Of a stretch of 64,000 bases of DNA, positions 42,274 to 51,744 are shown one piece after another; within the stretch, counting starts at the first letter, position 1, and each line of letters opens with the position of its first letter. Under the pieces are notes generated by a model. The model was not told the origin of the DNA. It did no database searches and saw nothing but the letters and a program-made list of their open reading frames with translations. Position numbers and translations under genes: made by a program. This stretch comes from Longimicrobiales bacterium (GTDB lineage: Bacteria; Gemmatimonadota; Gemmatimonadetes; Longimicrobiales; Gaopeijiaceae). The stretch is from the NCBI GenBank assembly GCA_965248195.1, contig CBDFIQ010000002.1, forward strand, positions 960,001-1,024,000. Reading direction: 5' to 3'.

Positions 42274-42403
42274 CACCCTCCCGCCCTAGGGGCGCGTGCC
42301 CCTCTCTCCGCCCACCACGTAGTCTCGCTGGGGCATTCACTCGCCCCCCTCCGTGCCCTCTCTTACCTCCTCAACGGCGGAGCGTAAATCTGGAGGAGAG
42401 CCC

Positions 42404-42631
42404 ATGTCGACCCGAAGCGAAACTTGGAATGATATCGAGACCTTGCTCGACCTGGTGAGGGTCGAAGAGGAGGCGCTGTTGGCGGTATTGGAGGCGTTAG
42501 CCGAGTTCGACGACCCGGAGGCGGAGGAGTTCTCGTGGGACGAGTTCCAGCTGGGCGAGCGCCTGTGGGGCGACCTCCCGGCGGGCGAGCACCCATGGGG
42601 CGACTTCGCGATGAATGCCATCCATCACTGA
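42404..42631 (+). CDS. Small highly acidic hypothetical protein (75 aa)
   Basis: Strong RBS GGAGGAG before ATG 42404; overlaps the radC start. Confidence 0.5.
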   Translation: MSTRSETWNDIETLLDLVRVEEEALLAVLEALAEFDDPEAEEFSWDEFQLGERLWGDLPAGEHPWGDFAMNAIHH

Positions 42632-43298
42632 CCTTCCCGCCGGAGAGCGGCCCCGTGAGCGCTTGAACGCATTGGGGCCGGAGGCGCTCACGGGTCGTGA
42701 GCTGATGGCCCTTCTGGTGGGAAGCGGGGGTCGCGGGGGTTCCGCTCTCGGGATCGCGGACGACGTGCTCGCGAGCGTGGCGGGGTCGTTGCGGACCTTG
42801 GGAGCGGTCTCGCCGTCGGCGATCGCGGCGATCCCCGGAGTGGGTATGGCCACCGGCGCCCGGATAGCGGCGGCTCTCGAGCTAGGTCGGCGGGCGAGCG
42901 CGGAAATCCGCCATCCAGGGGAGCGTGTGCGCGGCCCACGGGACGTGTTCGATCGCATGGAACCGCGCCTCCGCGACCTCCCACAGGAAGAATTCCACGC
43001 TCTCCTTCTTACGGCACGTCACAGCGTGATTCGGGAGGTCTTCATTACAAGGGGCATCCTTGACGCCTCTCTGATCCACCCACGTGAAGTGTTTCGCCCG
43101 GCGATCACCCAGAGCGCGGCGGCCATCATCCTCGTTCACAACCATCCCTCTGGGGATCCCACGCCATCGGCGGAGGACCGCGCGGTCACGAAGCAGCTCA
43201 GTGCGGTGGGTCGCACCGTGGGGATTTCGATCGTCGACCACGTGGTGATCGGAGACGGCCGCTTCACGTCTCTGGCGGACGACGGAGGCCTCGGATAG
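42615..43298 (+). CDS. radC: RadC/JAB-domain protein
   Basis: ERPRERL, IPGVG, HPREVF, HNHPSGD, DHVVIG. Confidence 0.95.
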   Translation: MPSITDLPAGERPRERLNALGPEALTGRELMALLVGSGGRGGSALGIADDVLASVAGSLRTLGAVSPSAIAAIPGVGMATGARIAAALELGRRASAEIRHPGERVRGPRDVFDRMEPRLRDLPQEEFHALLLTARHSVIREVFITRGILDASLIHPREVFRPAITQSAAAIILVHNHPSGDPTPSAEDRAVTKQLSAVGRTVGISIVDHVVIGDGRFTSLADDGGLG

Positions 43299-43406
43299 GG
43301 AGCGTACGACCCTCTTCCACCCACGCGCAAAAGGGAAGCCTAGGACCCGACGCCCCAGGGAGTCACCGTCCCGGAAACAGACAGGCACGATGCGGGTAGC
43401 TGAGGG

Positions 43407-45629
43407 ATGGCTACAGCTACCGCTACCCAGACCATCCGTGGACTTCCGAGGCCCCTGGCCCGGGCGATGGAGGCGTACGCCGACCGCCTGGATGTAGACG
43501 CGGTGCGGGACGCATATGACCTGGCGCAGGAGGCCCACTCGGGTCAGAGGAGGGCGTCGGGCGACGAATTCGTGAGTCACGCGGTCGAGGTGGCGACCAT
43601 TCTCGCGACGTTCGGTCTCGACACCGATTCCTTGGTTTCGGGCCTCGTCCACGACGTCGTGGAGGACACGAGCGTCTCGGTGTTGGACATCGAAAAACGC
43701 TTTGGCCAGAACGTCGCGACGATCGTCGAGGGGGTCACCAAGATCGGCCGCGTGGAGTTTCGCTCGAATACGGAACAGCAGGTCGAGAACTACCGCAAGC
43801 TCCTCCTGTCGATGGCGGGGGATGCGCGGGTCATTTTGGTCAAGCTGGCCGACCGCCTCCACAACATGCGGACCTTGGACGCGCTCAAGGAGGAAAAACA
43901 GCGCAGGATAGCGCTGGAAACCAGGGAGATCTACGCGCCTCTGGCCCATCGCCTCGGAATGGCCGCGATCCGGTGGGAGCTCGAGGACCTGGCCTTCAAA
44001 TACCTGGAGCCGGACGCCTACGAGGCGCTGAGAAAAAAGGTTCGGCAGAGAAGAAAAGAGCGAGAGCGACAAGTTATGGAGATGCAGAGGCCACTCGCCG
44101 AGGCGCTCGCCGAGGCGGGCGTCCCCGCCGAGGTGACTGGGCGTCCGAAGCACCTCTGGTCCATCTACCTCAAGATGGTGGGCCGAGACCTGCCGTATGA
44201 GGAAATCTACGACCTGATGGCCATGCGCGTGCTCACCGATGACGTGCAGAACTGTTACGCTGCGCTGGGCGTCATCCACAACGAGTGGACCCCGGTTCAG
44301 GAGCGATTTCACGACTTCGTAGCGACGCCCAAGTCCAACATGTATCAGTCGCTCCACACGACGGTGATCGGACCGGGAGGACGCCGATACGAGGTCCAGA
44401 TTCGGAGCCACGAGATGCACCGGACGGCGGAGTACGGGATCGCCGCCCATTGGCGCTACAAAGAGGGGATCACCGACCCGGACCTGAAGGGCGAGCCGGA
44501 CGAAGTCGATGAGGCGCTGACCTGGTTCCGGCAGGTGCTCGATTGGCAAAAGGATACGAGTGAGCCGGAGGAGTTCATGGAATTCCTTCGGATGGACCTT
44601 TTTCAGGGCGAGATCTTCATCTTCACGCCCAAGGGCGAGGTCAAACAGCTCCCGACGGGTGCCACGCCGATCGATTTTGCGTACTCGGTTCACACGGAGA
44701 TCGGACACCACTGTGCCGGAGCCCGCGTCAATGGCCGGATTTCACCGCTCTCCCGTGAGCTCAAGAATGGCGACACGGTGGAGATCATCACCGATACACG
44801 ACAACGCCCCAGCCAGGACTGGCTCGCGTTCGTCAGGACATCCCGTGCGCGCGGACGCATCCGCCAGTGGATCCGGAAGGTGGAGCACGACTCCGCCCTG
44901 AAGCTCGGAAAGGATCTTTTCGAACGCGAGATCAGAAAGGCGCGCAGAGGAAAGCCGACGAAGGCCCAACTGAAAGAGGCGGCGCACAGCCTCGGATACG
45001 CGGAATTCGAGCAAGTGTTGACCGCCCTCAGCCGAGGGGAAGTGGGGCCGACGGCGGTGATACGGGGACTCTATCCCGATGAGGACCCGCACGAAGTGGT
45101 CAACCGCACGCCGACGAAGCTCGAGCGCATCGCCGATCGTATCCGTCGCTCGAACCGTGCCGTGCGAATTCAGGGCATGGACAACCTCATGATCCGTTAT
45201 TCCCGGTGCTGTCAGCCGGTTCCCGGGGATCGGGTCATGGGCTACATCACACAGGGGCGCGGCGTGTCGATCCACCAGGTGGACTGCCCGAACGTCCTCA
45301 ACCTGTCGGAAGACCGGCGGGTCGAGATCGAGTGGGCGTCCGAAAAGGATGACCGCTTCTTCGTGAGCCTCTTCATGGAGGGTACGGACCGTCGTGGACT
45401 CCTATCCGATGTGGCCACTGCGATCAGCGATACCGATACTGACATCGTCCAGGCCGACATGAGAGGGGTCGAACGGGGAATGCTCGGCAGGTTCTCCGTA
45501 GAAGTGCAGGACCTGGCTCATCTCACGAAGGTCATCAAGGCCATCCGCGGGGTGAAAGGGGTGGTTCAGGTGGACCGGCGGGATGTCTCTGAGGAGTCGG
45601 ATCTCGACCAGGAGCCGGACCTCAACTAG
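43407..45629 (+). CDS. relA: Bifunctional (p)ppGpp synthetase/hydrolase
   Basis: Intact HD motif HDVVED, KLADRLHNMRT, YQSLHT, EVQIR, TGS and ACT domains. Confidence 0.95.
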   Translation: MATATATQTIRGLPRPLARAMEAYADRLDVDAVRDAYDLAQEAHSGQRRASGDEFVSHAVEVATILATFGLDTDSLVSGLVHDVVEDTSVSVLDIEKRFGQNVATIVEGVTKIGRVEFRSNTEQQVENYRKLLLSMAGDARVILVKLADRLHNMRTLDALKEEKQRRIALETREIYAPLAHRLGMAAIRWELEDLAFKYLEPDAYEALRKKVRQRRKERERQVMEMQRPLAEALAEAGVPAEVTGRPKHLWSIYLKMVGRDLPYEEIYDLMAMRVLTDDVQNCYAALGVIHNEWTPVQERFHDFVATPKSNMYQSLHTTVIGPGGRRYEVQIRSHEMHRTAEYGIAAHWRYKEGITDPDLKGEPDEVDEALTWFRQVLDWQKDTSEPEEFMEFLRMDLFQGEIFIFTPKGEVKQLPTGATPIDFAYSVHTEIGHHCAGARVNGRISPLSRELKNGDTVEIITDTRQRPSQDWLAFVRTSRARGRIRQWIRKVEHDSALKLGKDLFEREIRKARRGKPTKAQLKEAAHSLGYAEFEQVLTALSRGEVGPTAVIRGLYPDEDPHEVVNRTPTKLERIADRIRRSNRAVRIQGMDNLMIRYSRCCQPVPGDRVMGYITQGRGVSIHQVDCPNVLNLSEDRRVEIEWASEKDDRFFVSLFMEGTDRRGLLSDVATAISDTDTDIVQADMRGVERGMLGRFSVEVQDLAHLTKVIKAIRGVKGVVQVDRRDVSEESDLDQEPDLN

Positions 45630-45656
45630 GAAGCTGTTCGAGCCACGGTACCAGCA

Positions 45657-47645
45657 ATGCCGCAATTCGATCTGTCCGCCACATACGAGCCTCAAGGGGA
45701 TCAGCCGTCCGCTATCGCCGAGCTGAGCGAGGGACTGGCCCGTGGCGATCGCTTCCAAACCCTCCTTGGGGCCACGGGTACCGGGAAAACGTTCTCGATC
45801 GCCCATGTGATCGCCCAGTACGGACGCCCCACGCTGGTTACGTCGCACAACAAGACGCTCGCGGCGCAACTCTACGGTGAATTCAAGTCGCTCTTCCCCA
45901 GTAACGCAGTGGAATACTTCATCTCCTATTACGACTACTACCAGCCGGAAGCCTACATCCCCTCTACGGATACCTACATCGAGAAAGACGCCACGATCAA
46001 CGAGGACATCGAGCGGCTGCGCCTGCGGGCGACGTCGTCGCTGATGGAGCGTGAAGACGTCATCGTGGTCGCTTCCGTCTCCTGTATTTACGGGTTGGGA
46101 AACCCGATGGACTACCGGTCACTCATGCTGCACCTCCGTGTGGGCCAGAAGATCGGGCGCCGGCAGATTCTCAAGGCGCTCGTGGGGATTCAATATCGCC
46201 GCAACGATTACGAGTTCGAGCGAGGCACGTTTCGCGTCCGTGGCGATACGGTCGAGATCTTCCCGGCCTACGAGGAGCAGGCGATTCGTGTGGAGTTGTG
46301 GGGGGACGACATCGAGCGTATCACCCGCTTCGAGCCGCTGACGGGGGAGGCGGTGACACCGATGGAGCGGGCGTCCGTCTACCCGGCCAGCCACTACGTG
46401 ACCCGCCGAGAGGTGATCGACCAGATGGTGCCCCGCATCCGGGCCGAGATGAAGGAGCAGGTCGCGGCGTTCGAGGCGGCCGGGCAACTCCTGGAGGCGC
46501 AGCGTATCGAGAGCCGGACGAATTTCGATATCGAGATGATGCTCGAGATTGGAATGTGCCCAGGCATCGAGAACTACTCGCTCTACACCAGCGGCCGGCG
46601 GACCGGGGAGCGTCCAGCATGCCTGATCGACTACTTTCCGGAGGATTTCCTGCTCGTAGCCGATGAGTCGCATGCCTCGGTTCCCCAGCTCCACGGGATG
46701 TACAAAGGGGATCGGTCCCGCAAGGAAACGCTGATAGAGCATGGATTCCGGCTTCCCAGCGCTCTCGATAACCGTCCACTGCAATTCGACGAGTGGGATG
46801 GGCTGATCCATCGGGCGGTGTTCGTTTCGGCGACACCGGGCGACTGGGAGTTGGAGCGCTCGGGCGGCGTGGTCGTGGAGCAGATCATCCGTCCTACCGG
46901 TCTCGTTGACCCCGCCGTCCATGTTCGCCCGGTCAAAGGCCAGGTGGACGATCTCCTCGCCGAGATCCGTGAACGCGAGGCCAAGGGCGAGCGCGTGCTG
47001 GTAACGACGCTCACGAAACGCATGGCGGAGGATCTCTCCGAGTATCTTCAGTCCGTGGGGGTGCGCGTGAGCTACATGCATTCCGACATCGACACGATCG
47101 AGCGGATGAAGATCCTCAGGAATCTGCGGCTGGGAAAGATCGATGTCCTGGTCGGGATCAACCTCTTGCGGGAGGGCCTGGACCTGCCGGAGGTCTCTTT
47201 GGTGGCGATCCTGGATGCGGACAAGGAGGGTTTTCTTCGGGATGGGCGCTCGCTGATCCAGACGATCGGGCGGGCCGCCCGGAACGCCGAGGGCAAGGCG
47301 ATTTTGTATGCCGACAAGGTGACTTCGTCCATGCAGGTCTGTATGGACGAGACCAACCGGCGCCGGGAGATCCAGATCGCGTACAATCTGGAGCGCGGCA
47401 TCACGCCCGAAACGATTCAGAAGAGTGTCCAGGAGATCGAATTCACGACGCGGGTCGCGGACGCGAGACGAAAGCCCGTGGGCCGGGTGTCGGAACCCAA
47501 GGCCCGGTACGCCGACGAAGTAAACACCGAGGAGCTTCTCAAGATTCTGGAGCAGGAGATGGCGGAGGCGGCGGAGGCGATGGACTTCGAGCGGGCCGCG
47601 ATCTTGAGGGACCAGGTCTTCGAACTGAGGGCCACGGTCAAATGA
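45657..47645 (+). CDS. uvrB: Excinuclease ABC subunit B
   Basis: [35 protein letters not shown] domain. Confidence 0.98.
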   Translation: MPQFDLSATYEPQGDQPSAIAELSEGLARGDRFQTLLGATGTGKTFSIAHVIAQYGRPTLVTSHNKTLAAQLYGEFKSLFPSNAVEYFISYYDYYQPEAYIPSTDTYIEKDATINEDIERLRLRATSSLMEREDVIVVASVSCIYGLGNPMDYRSLMLHLRVGQKIGRRQILKALVGIQYRRNDYEFERGTFRVRGDTVEIFPAYEEQAIRVELWGDDIERITRFEPLTGEAVTPMERASVYPASHYVTRREVIDQMVPRIRAEMKEQVAAFEAAGQLLEAQRIESRTNFDIEMMLEIGMCPGIENYSLYTSGRRTGERPACLIDYFPEDFLLVADESHASVPQLHGMYKGDRSRKETLIEHGFRLPSALDNRPLQFDEWDGLIHRAVFVSATPGDWELERSGGVVVEQIIRPTGLVDPAVHVRPVKGQVDDLLAEIREREAKGERVLVTTLTKRMAEDLSEYLQSVGVRVSYMHSDIDTIERMKILRNLRLGKIDVLVGINLLREGLDLPEVSLVAILDADKEGFLRDGRSLIQTIGRAARNAEGKAILYADKVTSSMQVCMDETNRRREIQIAYNLERGITPETIQKSVQEIEFTTRVADARRKPVGRVSEPKARYADEVNTEELLKILEQEMAEAAEAMDFERAAILRDQVFELRATVK

Positions 47646-47664
47646 TTGCGGGGAGGGGGGTGGG

Positions 47665-48126
47665 ATGATTCTCAACGAGGCCGAGATGATCCGCTGGGGC
47701 AAGGCCATTGGCGCGGCGGCACGCACTCCGCTGTTTGTTTTTCTGCGGGGTCCGTTGGGGGCCGGCAAATCGGTGCTCGCACGCTCGATCGCCCGCGGTG
47801 CGGGGGTCGAGGGAGCCGTTCCTTCGCCGACGTTCAATCTCATGTTTCGATATCCGGCGAGCCGGGGTGTCGAGGTGGTGCATATGGATCTGTTTCGGTT
47901 GACGGATCCCGCTGAACTATGGGAGCTCGGCTGGCAGGAGCTCGGGGGTCAGGACGAGTTGGTCCTGGTCGAATGGCCGGATCGTGCTGAGGGAGTGCTT
48001 CCCGAGCATCGGTGGGAGATCACCTTGGGTCCGGTTGGCGGAGACAGGGAAGCGCGCACAGTGTCGGTGATCCGGTTCGGTGTGCCGCAGTCTCTCGCCG
48101 GTTTCCCGGTCTCGGTGTCCATATGA
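47665..48126 (+). CDS. tsaE: tRNA threonylcarbamoyladenosine biosynthesis ATPase TsaE
   Basis: GPLGAGKS, SPTF, HMDLFRL, VEW. Confidence 0.95.
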   Translation: MILNEAEMIRWGKAIGAAARTPLFVFLRGPLGAGKSVLARSIARGAGVEGAVPSPTFNLMFRYPASRGVEVVHMDLFRLTDPAELWELGWQELGGQDELVLVEWPDRAEGVLPEHRWEITLGPVGGDREARTVSVIRFGVPQSLAGFPVSVSI

Positions 48127-48186
48127 CCGCGGTCGCAGGATGGGTACGGTCGTGTGATGGTGCGGTCGAATGATGGGCGCGGTCGA

Positions 48187-48984
48187 ATGATGGGCGCGGC
48201 GGCCCTACCTTGGTCGGCCGAGGGGATTTACCTGGCGCTGGAAACGTCCACCTTCCTCGGGTCGGTGTGTCTGGCCGAAGGGAGCCGCGTTATCGCCGCG
48301 AGGGTGATCCGTGGCCAGAGCTCCCACTCCTCGGATCTGATCCCGACGATCGATGGGGTGCTTCAGGAGGCCGGCGCGGACCTGTCCGAGCTCGCTGGCC
48401 TGGTCGTGGGGGCCGGCCCCGGTTCGTTCACGGGTGTGCGAGTGGCCGCGGCGACAGCCAAGGGGTTGAGCCACGCGCTGGATATTCCTCTCTGGGCGGT
48501 CTCGTCTCTCGAGGCAGGCGCAGCGGCGGTAGATCTCGATCGTTTCGAACCCTCCGTCGACATTGGGGGGGCAGCGGACCCGAACGGAGGGCATGCGGCA
48601 GCGCTGTCCGATGAGGAACGGGGTTGCCCGCGCTATGTCCTCTTCGATGCCCGGAGCGATCGGGTATATGGTGCCTGCTACTGCCCGACCGAGAGCGGAT
48701 TCGACGTGCTCGTCCCGCCTCATTCGACCACGATCGGGGCGGTTCTCTCGGGGGGCCTCCCGTTCTCCGTGTTTGCGGGTGACGGAGCCCAAAAGCATGC
48801 GGACGAGATCCGCGGCGCCGGTTTTGCGCTGCTTCCGGCCCCGTTCGGAATGCCGACAGCAGCGGGGCTGGTCAGGGCGCTCGCGAACTCCCCCTCCCGC
48901 GACCCGGTGGAGGACGCCGCCCGCTGGCAGCCGGAGTACCTTCGGTCTTCCTCGGCCCAACGATGCTCGGGGTCGGGCGCATGA
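48187..48984 (+). CDS. tsaB: tRNA threonylcarbamoyladenosine biosynthesis protein TsaB
   Basis: LALETST, GPGSFTGVR, DAR, PEYLR. Start uncertain. Confidence 0.93.
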   Translation: MMGAAALPWSAEGIYLALETSTFLGSVCLAEGSRVIAARVIRGQSSHSSDLIPTIDGVLQEAGADLSELAGLVVGAGPGSFTGVRVAAATAKGLSHALDIPLWAVSSLEAGAAAVDLDRFEPSVDIGGAADPNGGHAAALSDEERGCPRYVLFDARSDRVYGACYCPTESGFDVLVPPHSTTIGAVLSGGLPFSVFAGDGAQKHADEIRGAGFALLPAPFGMPTAAGLVRALANSPSRDPVEDAARWQPEYLRSSSAQRCSGSGA

Positions 48985-49481
48985 GCAGCGGTTCCGTCAA
49001 AGCCCCTGCGGCCAGGACCGGGGGAGGGAAATCTTCCCTATCCCTGAGGCCGATGACACCGTCGGACGTGCCTGAAGTGGCCCGAATCGAGACGACGGCG
49101 TTCTCCACCCCTTGGAGTGACCGGACCTTCCGCTCGCTCTTGCACCGTCCGGGTGTGGAGCTTTGGGTGGCCGAGTGGGGGGACCAGCTCGCGGCCTATG
49201 CGATCCTTTGGAAAATTCTCGATGAGGGAGAGTTGGCCAATATCGCGGTCCGGAAGGATCTACGGGGTCGCGGCATCGGTTCTGGACTCCTCAGCCGGAT
49301 GCTGGAGGTAGCCGAGGACTCGGGTGTTCGAAGCCTCTACCTCGAGGTTCGGGAATCCAATAGCGTCGCTCGGGAGATGTACGCCCGGCGCGGATTCCAA
49401 GAGATTGGCGTCCGGAAGGGCTACTACGAGGGGCCCCCCGAGGACGCTCGGGTGCTCAAGAAGAGCCTTGAAGGCGCCTGA
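48981..49481 (+). CDS. rimI: Ribosomal-protein-alanine N-acetyltransferase
   Basis: NIAV..RGRGIG, LEVRESN, RKGYY. Confidence 0.93.
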   Translation: MSSGSVKAPAARTGGGKSSLSLRPMTPSDVPEVARIETTAFSTPWSDRTFRSLLHRPGVELWVAEWGDQLAAYAILWKILDEGELANIAVRKDLRGRGIGSGLLSRMLEVAEDSGVRSLYLEVRESNSVAREMYARRGFQEIGVRKGYYEGPPEDARVLKKSLEGA

Positions 49482-49519
49482 ATTATGGAAACGTTTGTAG
49501 TTGAATAGCAAAAAACGCG

Positions 49520-49549
49520 TTGACCCGTGGGGCCTGACTCGCCTATCTT
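49520..49549 (+). promoter_or_regulatory. Putative sigma70 promoter
   Basis: TTGACC-N18-TATCTT with an A-rich upstream tract. Confidence 0.45.
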
Positions 49550-49602
49550 CGACGTTGAGTGGTAGTGCATAAAGTCCCGTCCCATATGGAAAGGGAGCGA
49601 TC

Positions 49603-50904
49603 ATGGTCCGGTCCGTGATGGCCGTGCTGGCGTTGACAATTTTCCCCGGTTTGATGGCTGGCCAGGAGCCCGTACAGCAAGCTTCGGCGCGGGCGACGCT
49701 CCAAGAGGTGGTCCGCTTCGACTTCGACGAATCGACCATCACCGCCGAGGCGGAGCAGCTCTTACGTGCGAAGCTGCCGATCTTGAGTGACAGCGTCGCC
49801 TTTCTTCTTCTTCTCGAGGGTCACACCGACGAGCGGGGCTCGATCGAATACAACCTCGCGCTTGGAGGCCGGCGTGCCGAAAGCGTGCGGGAGTTCCTCA
49901 CGGGCCTCGGGATTTCGGCGGACCGGCTCACGACCACCTCGTTCGGGGAGGAACGGCCCTTGGTCAACCGGAGCGATGCGGAGGCCTGGGCTCAGAACCG
50001 TCGGGTCGAGTTCGTGATCACAGGCGTTCCCGGGCCGACAGTGGCGGGCGGGGTCGAGCCGACACCGGTAGTTGCTCAGCCGGAGCCGGTGGTGGTGGGA
50101 GGCGTGGCGGTGGGTCCGCCCCCGGACGAAGCGCAGCCACCACTGGTAAGGACCCGTCCGAACCTCGAGCGGGACCGTCGGTCTAGATTCTACCGAGACC
50201 CGTTGGCGCCGTCGGTGGTTCGGACAACGAATGACGCCGACGAGCTCTGGGTGCCACGGTCATCCACGTGGTCGGCGGAGTGGCTCGGCCCGGCGTCCTT
50301 GGAGGAGATCGAAATCGACGGCCGGATCGACTCGTTCGTGACCGAGGGTGATCTCCGAACGGCTTTTCCCTATACCTGGGTGCGACTGGATCTGGAACCG
50401 GGCTTTCGGGTGAGGCTGGGGGACGCTCTACAGATCTACCGCCCGGCTCGAGTAAACCGCGAGCTGGGTGTCGTGCTCCGGCCCGTCGGTGTGATGTCCG
50501 TGACCCGCGTGGCACCGAACGTGGTCGAGGGCCTGGTCCTGGAAGTCTTCGGGCTGGTCCACGAGGGTGACTTCGTACGCCCCGCACCGGCCTTCGACTT
50601 GGGGCCGGGCGATCTCCCCGAGATGGTCACCAACAGGATCGCGGCCACCGTCATCGAGTTCGGAGAGCTCCACCAGATGTATGGGTTGAGACAGGTGGTG
50701 ATGCTGGACAGGGGCTCACGTAATGGCGTCGACATCGGAGACGAATATGTGGCGTTTTCCGGAGACGGATCGACCGAGGAGGTCGTTGGACGCCTGAGGG
50801 TCGTGTTGACCGAGGAAGAGACCTCGTCGGCCGAAATCGTTGCGCTAGAGGCACCTGTGTTCAATATCGGCACTGCCATCCACTTGGACCGGAAGATGAG
50901 GTAG
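49603..50904 (+). CDS. Secreted protein: OmpA/Pal peptidoglycan-binding domain, Pro/Val linker, beta-rich C-terminal domain
   Basis: Signal peptide, EGHTDERG...NRRVEF, then VMLDRGSRNGVDIGDEY (FlgT-C-like). Confidence 0.8.
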   Translation: MVRSVMAVLALTIFPGLMAGQEPVQQASARATLQEVVRFDFDESTITAEAEQLLRAKLPILSDSVAFLLLLEGHTDERGSIEYNLALGGRRAESVREFLTGLGISADRLTTTSFGEERPLVNRSDAEAWAQNRRVEFVITGVPGPTVAGGVEPTPVVAQPEPVVVGGVAVGPPPDEAQPPLVRTRPNLERDRRSRFYRDPLAPSVVRTTNDADELWVPRSSTWSAEWLGPASLEEIEIDGRIDSFVTEGDLRTAFPYTWVRLDLEPGFRVRLGDALQIYRPARVNRELGVVLRPVGVMSVTRVAPNVVEGLVLEVFGLVHEGDFVRPAPAFDLGPGDLPEMVTNRIAATVIEFGELHQMYGLRQVVMLDRGSRNGVDIGDEYVAFSGDGSTEEVVGRLRVVLTEEETSSAEIVALEAPVFNIGTAIHLDRKMR

Positions 50905-50934
50905 GCGCCGAGTCATCCACATGATGGGCTTCCG

Positions 50935-51744
50935 TTGACGCACGCAGTCGCTCTTCTTCTCTACGTCGGATCACTGATCCTGTGGTTCCGCTCGCTCCTG
51001 AGCGGAGGGCGCGGACGCGGCCCCATGATCGCTTTTGGGTTGGCCGCCGCCGGCGTCGCGGCACACGCGATCGCTCTAGCCCGTTTCACCGCCGAGTACG
51101 GTCAACTCCCGCTCAACGGGCTGGCGCCCTCCCTCTCCACCGTCGCCCTCATCATCGGCATTGGCTTGGTGGCCACCCTCGGGCTGGGCGAGGGCCGCCG
51201 TGTGGGCATCGTCCTCATTCCTGTTGTAATCCTATTGGAGGCGGTTGCGGTTTCGTTGGGGATCCAGCCGGCGCCCGAGATCCTGGACTTCCAAGGGGCG
51301 TGGTTCGCTTTCCATGTCACCTTGGCCTTCGCAGGCTTGGGTGGATTGGCCGTGGCTTTTGCCTCGGGGCTGCTCTACCTGGTCCAGCTTCACGAGCTCA
51401 ACACAAAGAGGATGGGACGCCTGTTCCAGTTCACGCCTCCTCTCGCTACGCTCGATCGTCTGGGCCGGACCGGGCTGGTGGCTGGGTTCATCACCTTTAC
51501 ACTCGCTCTCGTCCTCGGGTGGTTGTGGACCGTCAGCTTCCGGCAATCCTTCGACCAGTCGAACCCCAAGGTTTTGTGGGCGATCCTGTGCTGGTTCATC
51601 TTCGCCGCCGCTCTCGGAGTTCGAGTGGGCGATGGGGTGAAGGAGCGAAGAAGCGCCCTGGCGAGCGTGGTCGGGTTTTCATTGATCGTCGTGTCCTACC
51701 TCGGCCTTCGTCTGGCGAGTTCCCAGGGGGGGTTCTTCCTTTGA
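50935..51744 (+). CDS. Cytochrome c assembly protein family (CcsA/HemX-like)
   Basis: About 8 TM helices, FHV, PPLATLDRL, PK.LW; coupled to hemA. Confidence 0.85.
   Translation: MTHAVALLLYVGSLILWFRSLLSGGRGRGPMIAFGLAAAGVAAHAIALARFTAEYGQLPLNGLAPSLSTVALIIGIGLVATLGLGEGRRVGIVLIPVVILLEAVAVSLGIQPAPEILDFQGAWFAFHVTLAFAGLGGLAVAFASGLLYLVQLHELNTKRMGRLFQFTPPLATLDRLGRTGLVAGFITFTLALVLGWLWTVSFRQSFDQSNPKVLWAILCWFIFAAALGVRVGDGVKERRSALASVVGFSLIVVSYLGLRLASSQGGFFL

Noticed and set aside
41769..42400. CRISPR array, tRNA or hammerhead ribozyme in the secA-radC gap
   Set aside because: No regular repeat-spacer units, no cloverleaf with a T-loop/CCA, and no CUGANGA/GAAA core.
42615..43298. radC as a marker of a mobile or anti-defence island
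   Set aside because: It is the full-length chromosomal type among housekeeping genes, with no integrase nearby.
42882..47843. Long antisense ORFs (609 and 574 aa; likewise 35206-36657, 5934-7301, 9484-10632)
   Set aside because: Shadow frames opposite conserved genes in high-GC DNA, with no recognisable motifs.
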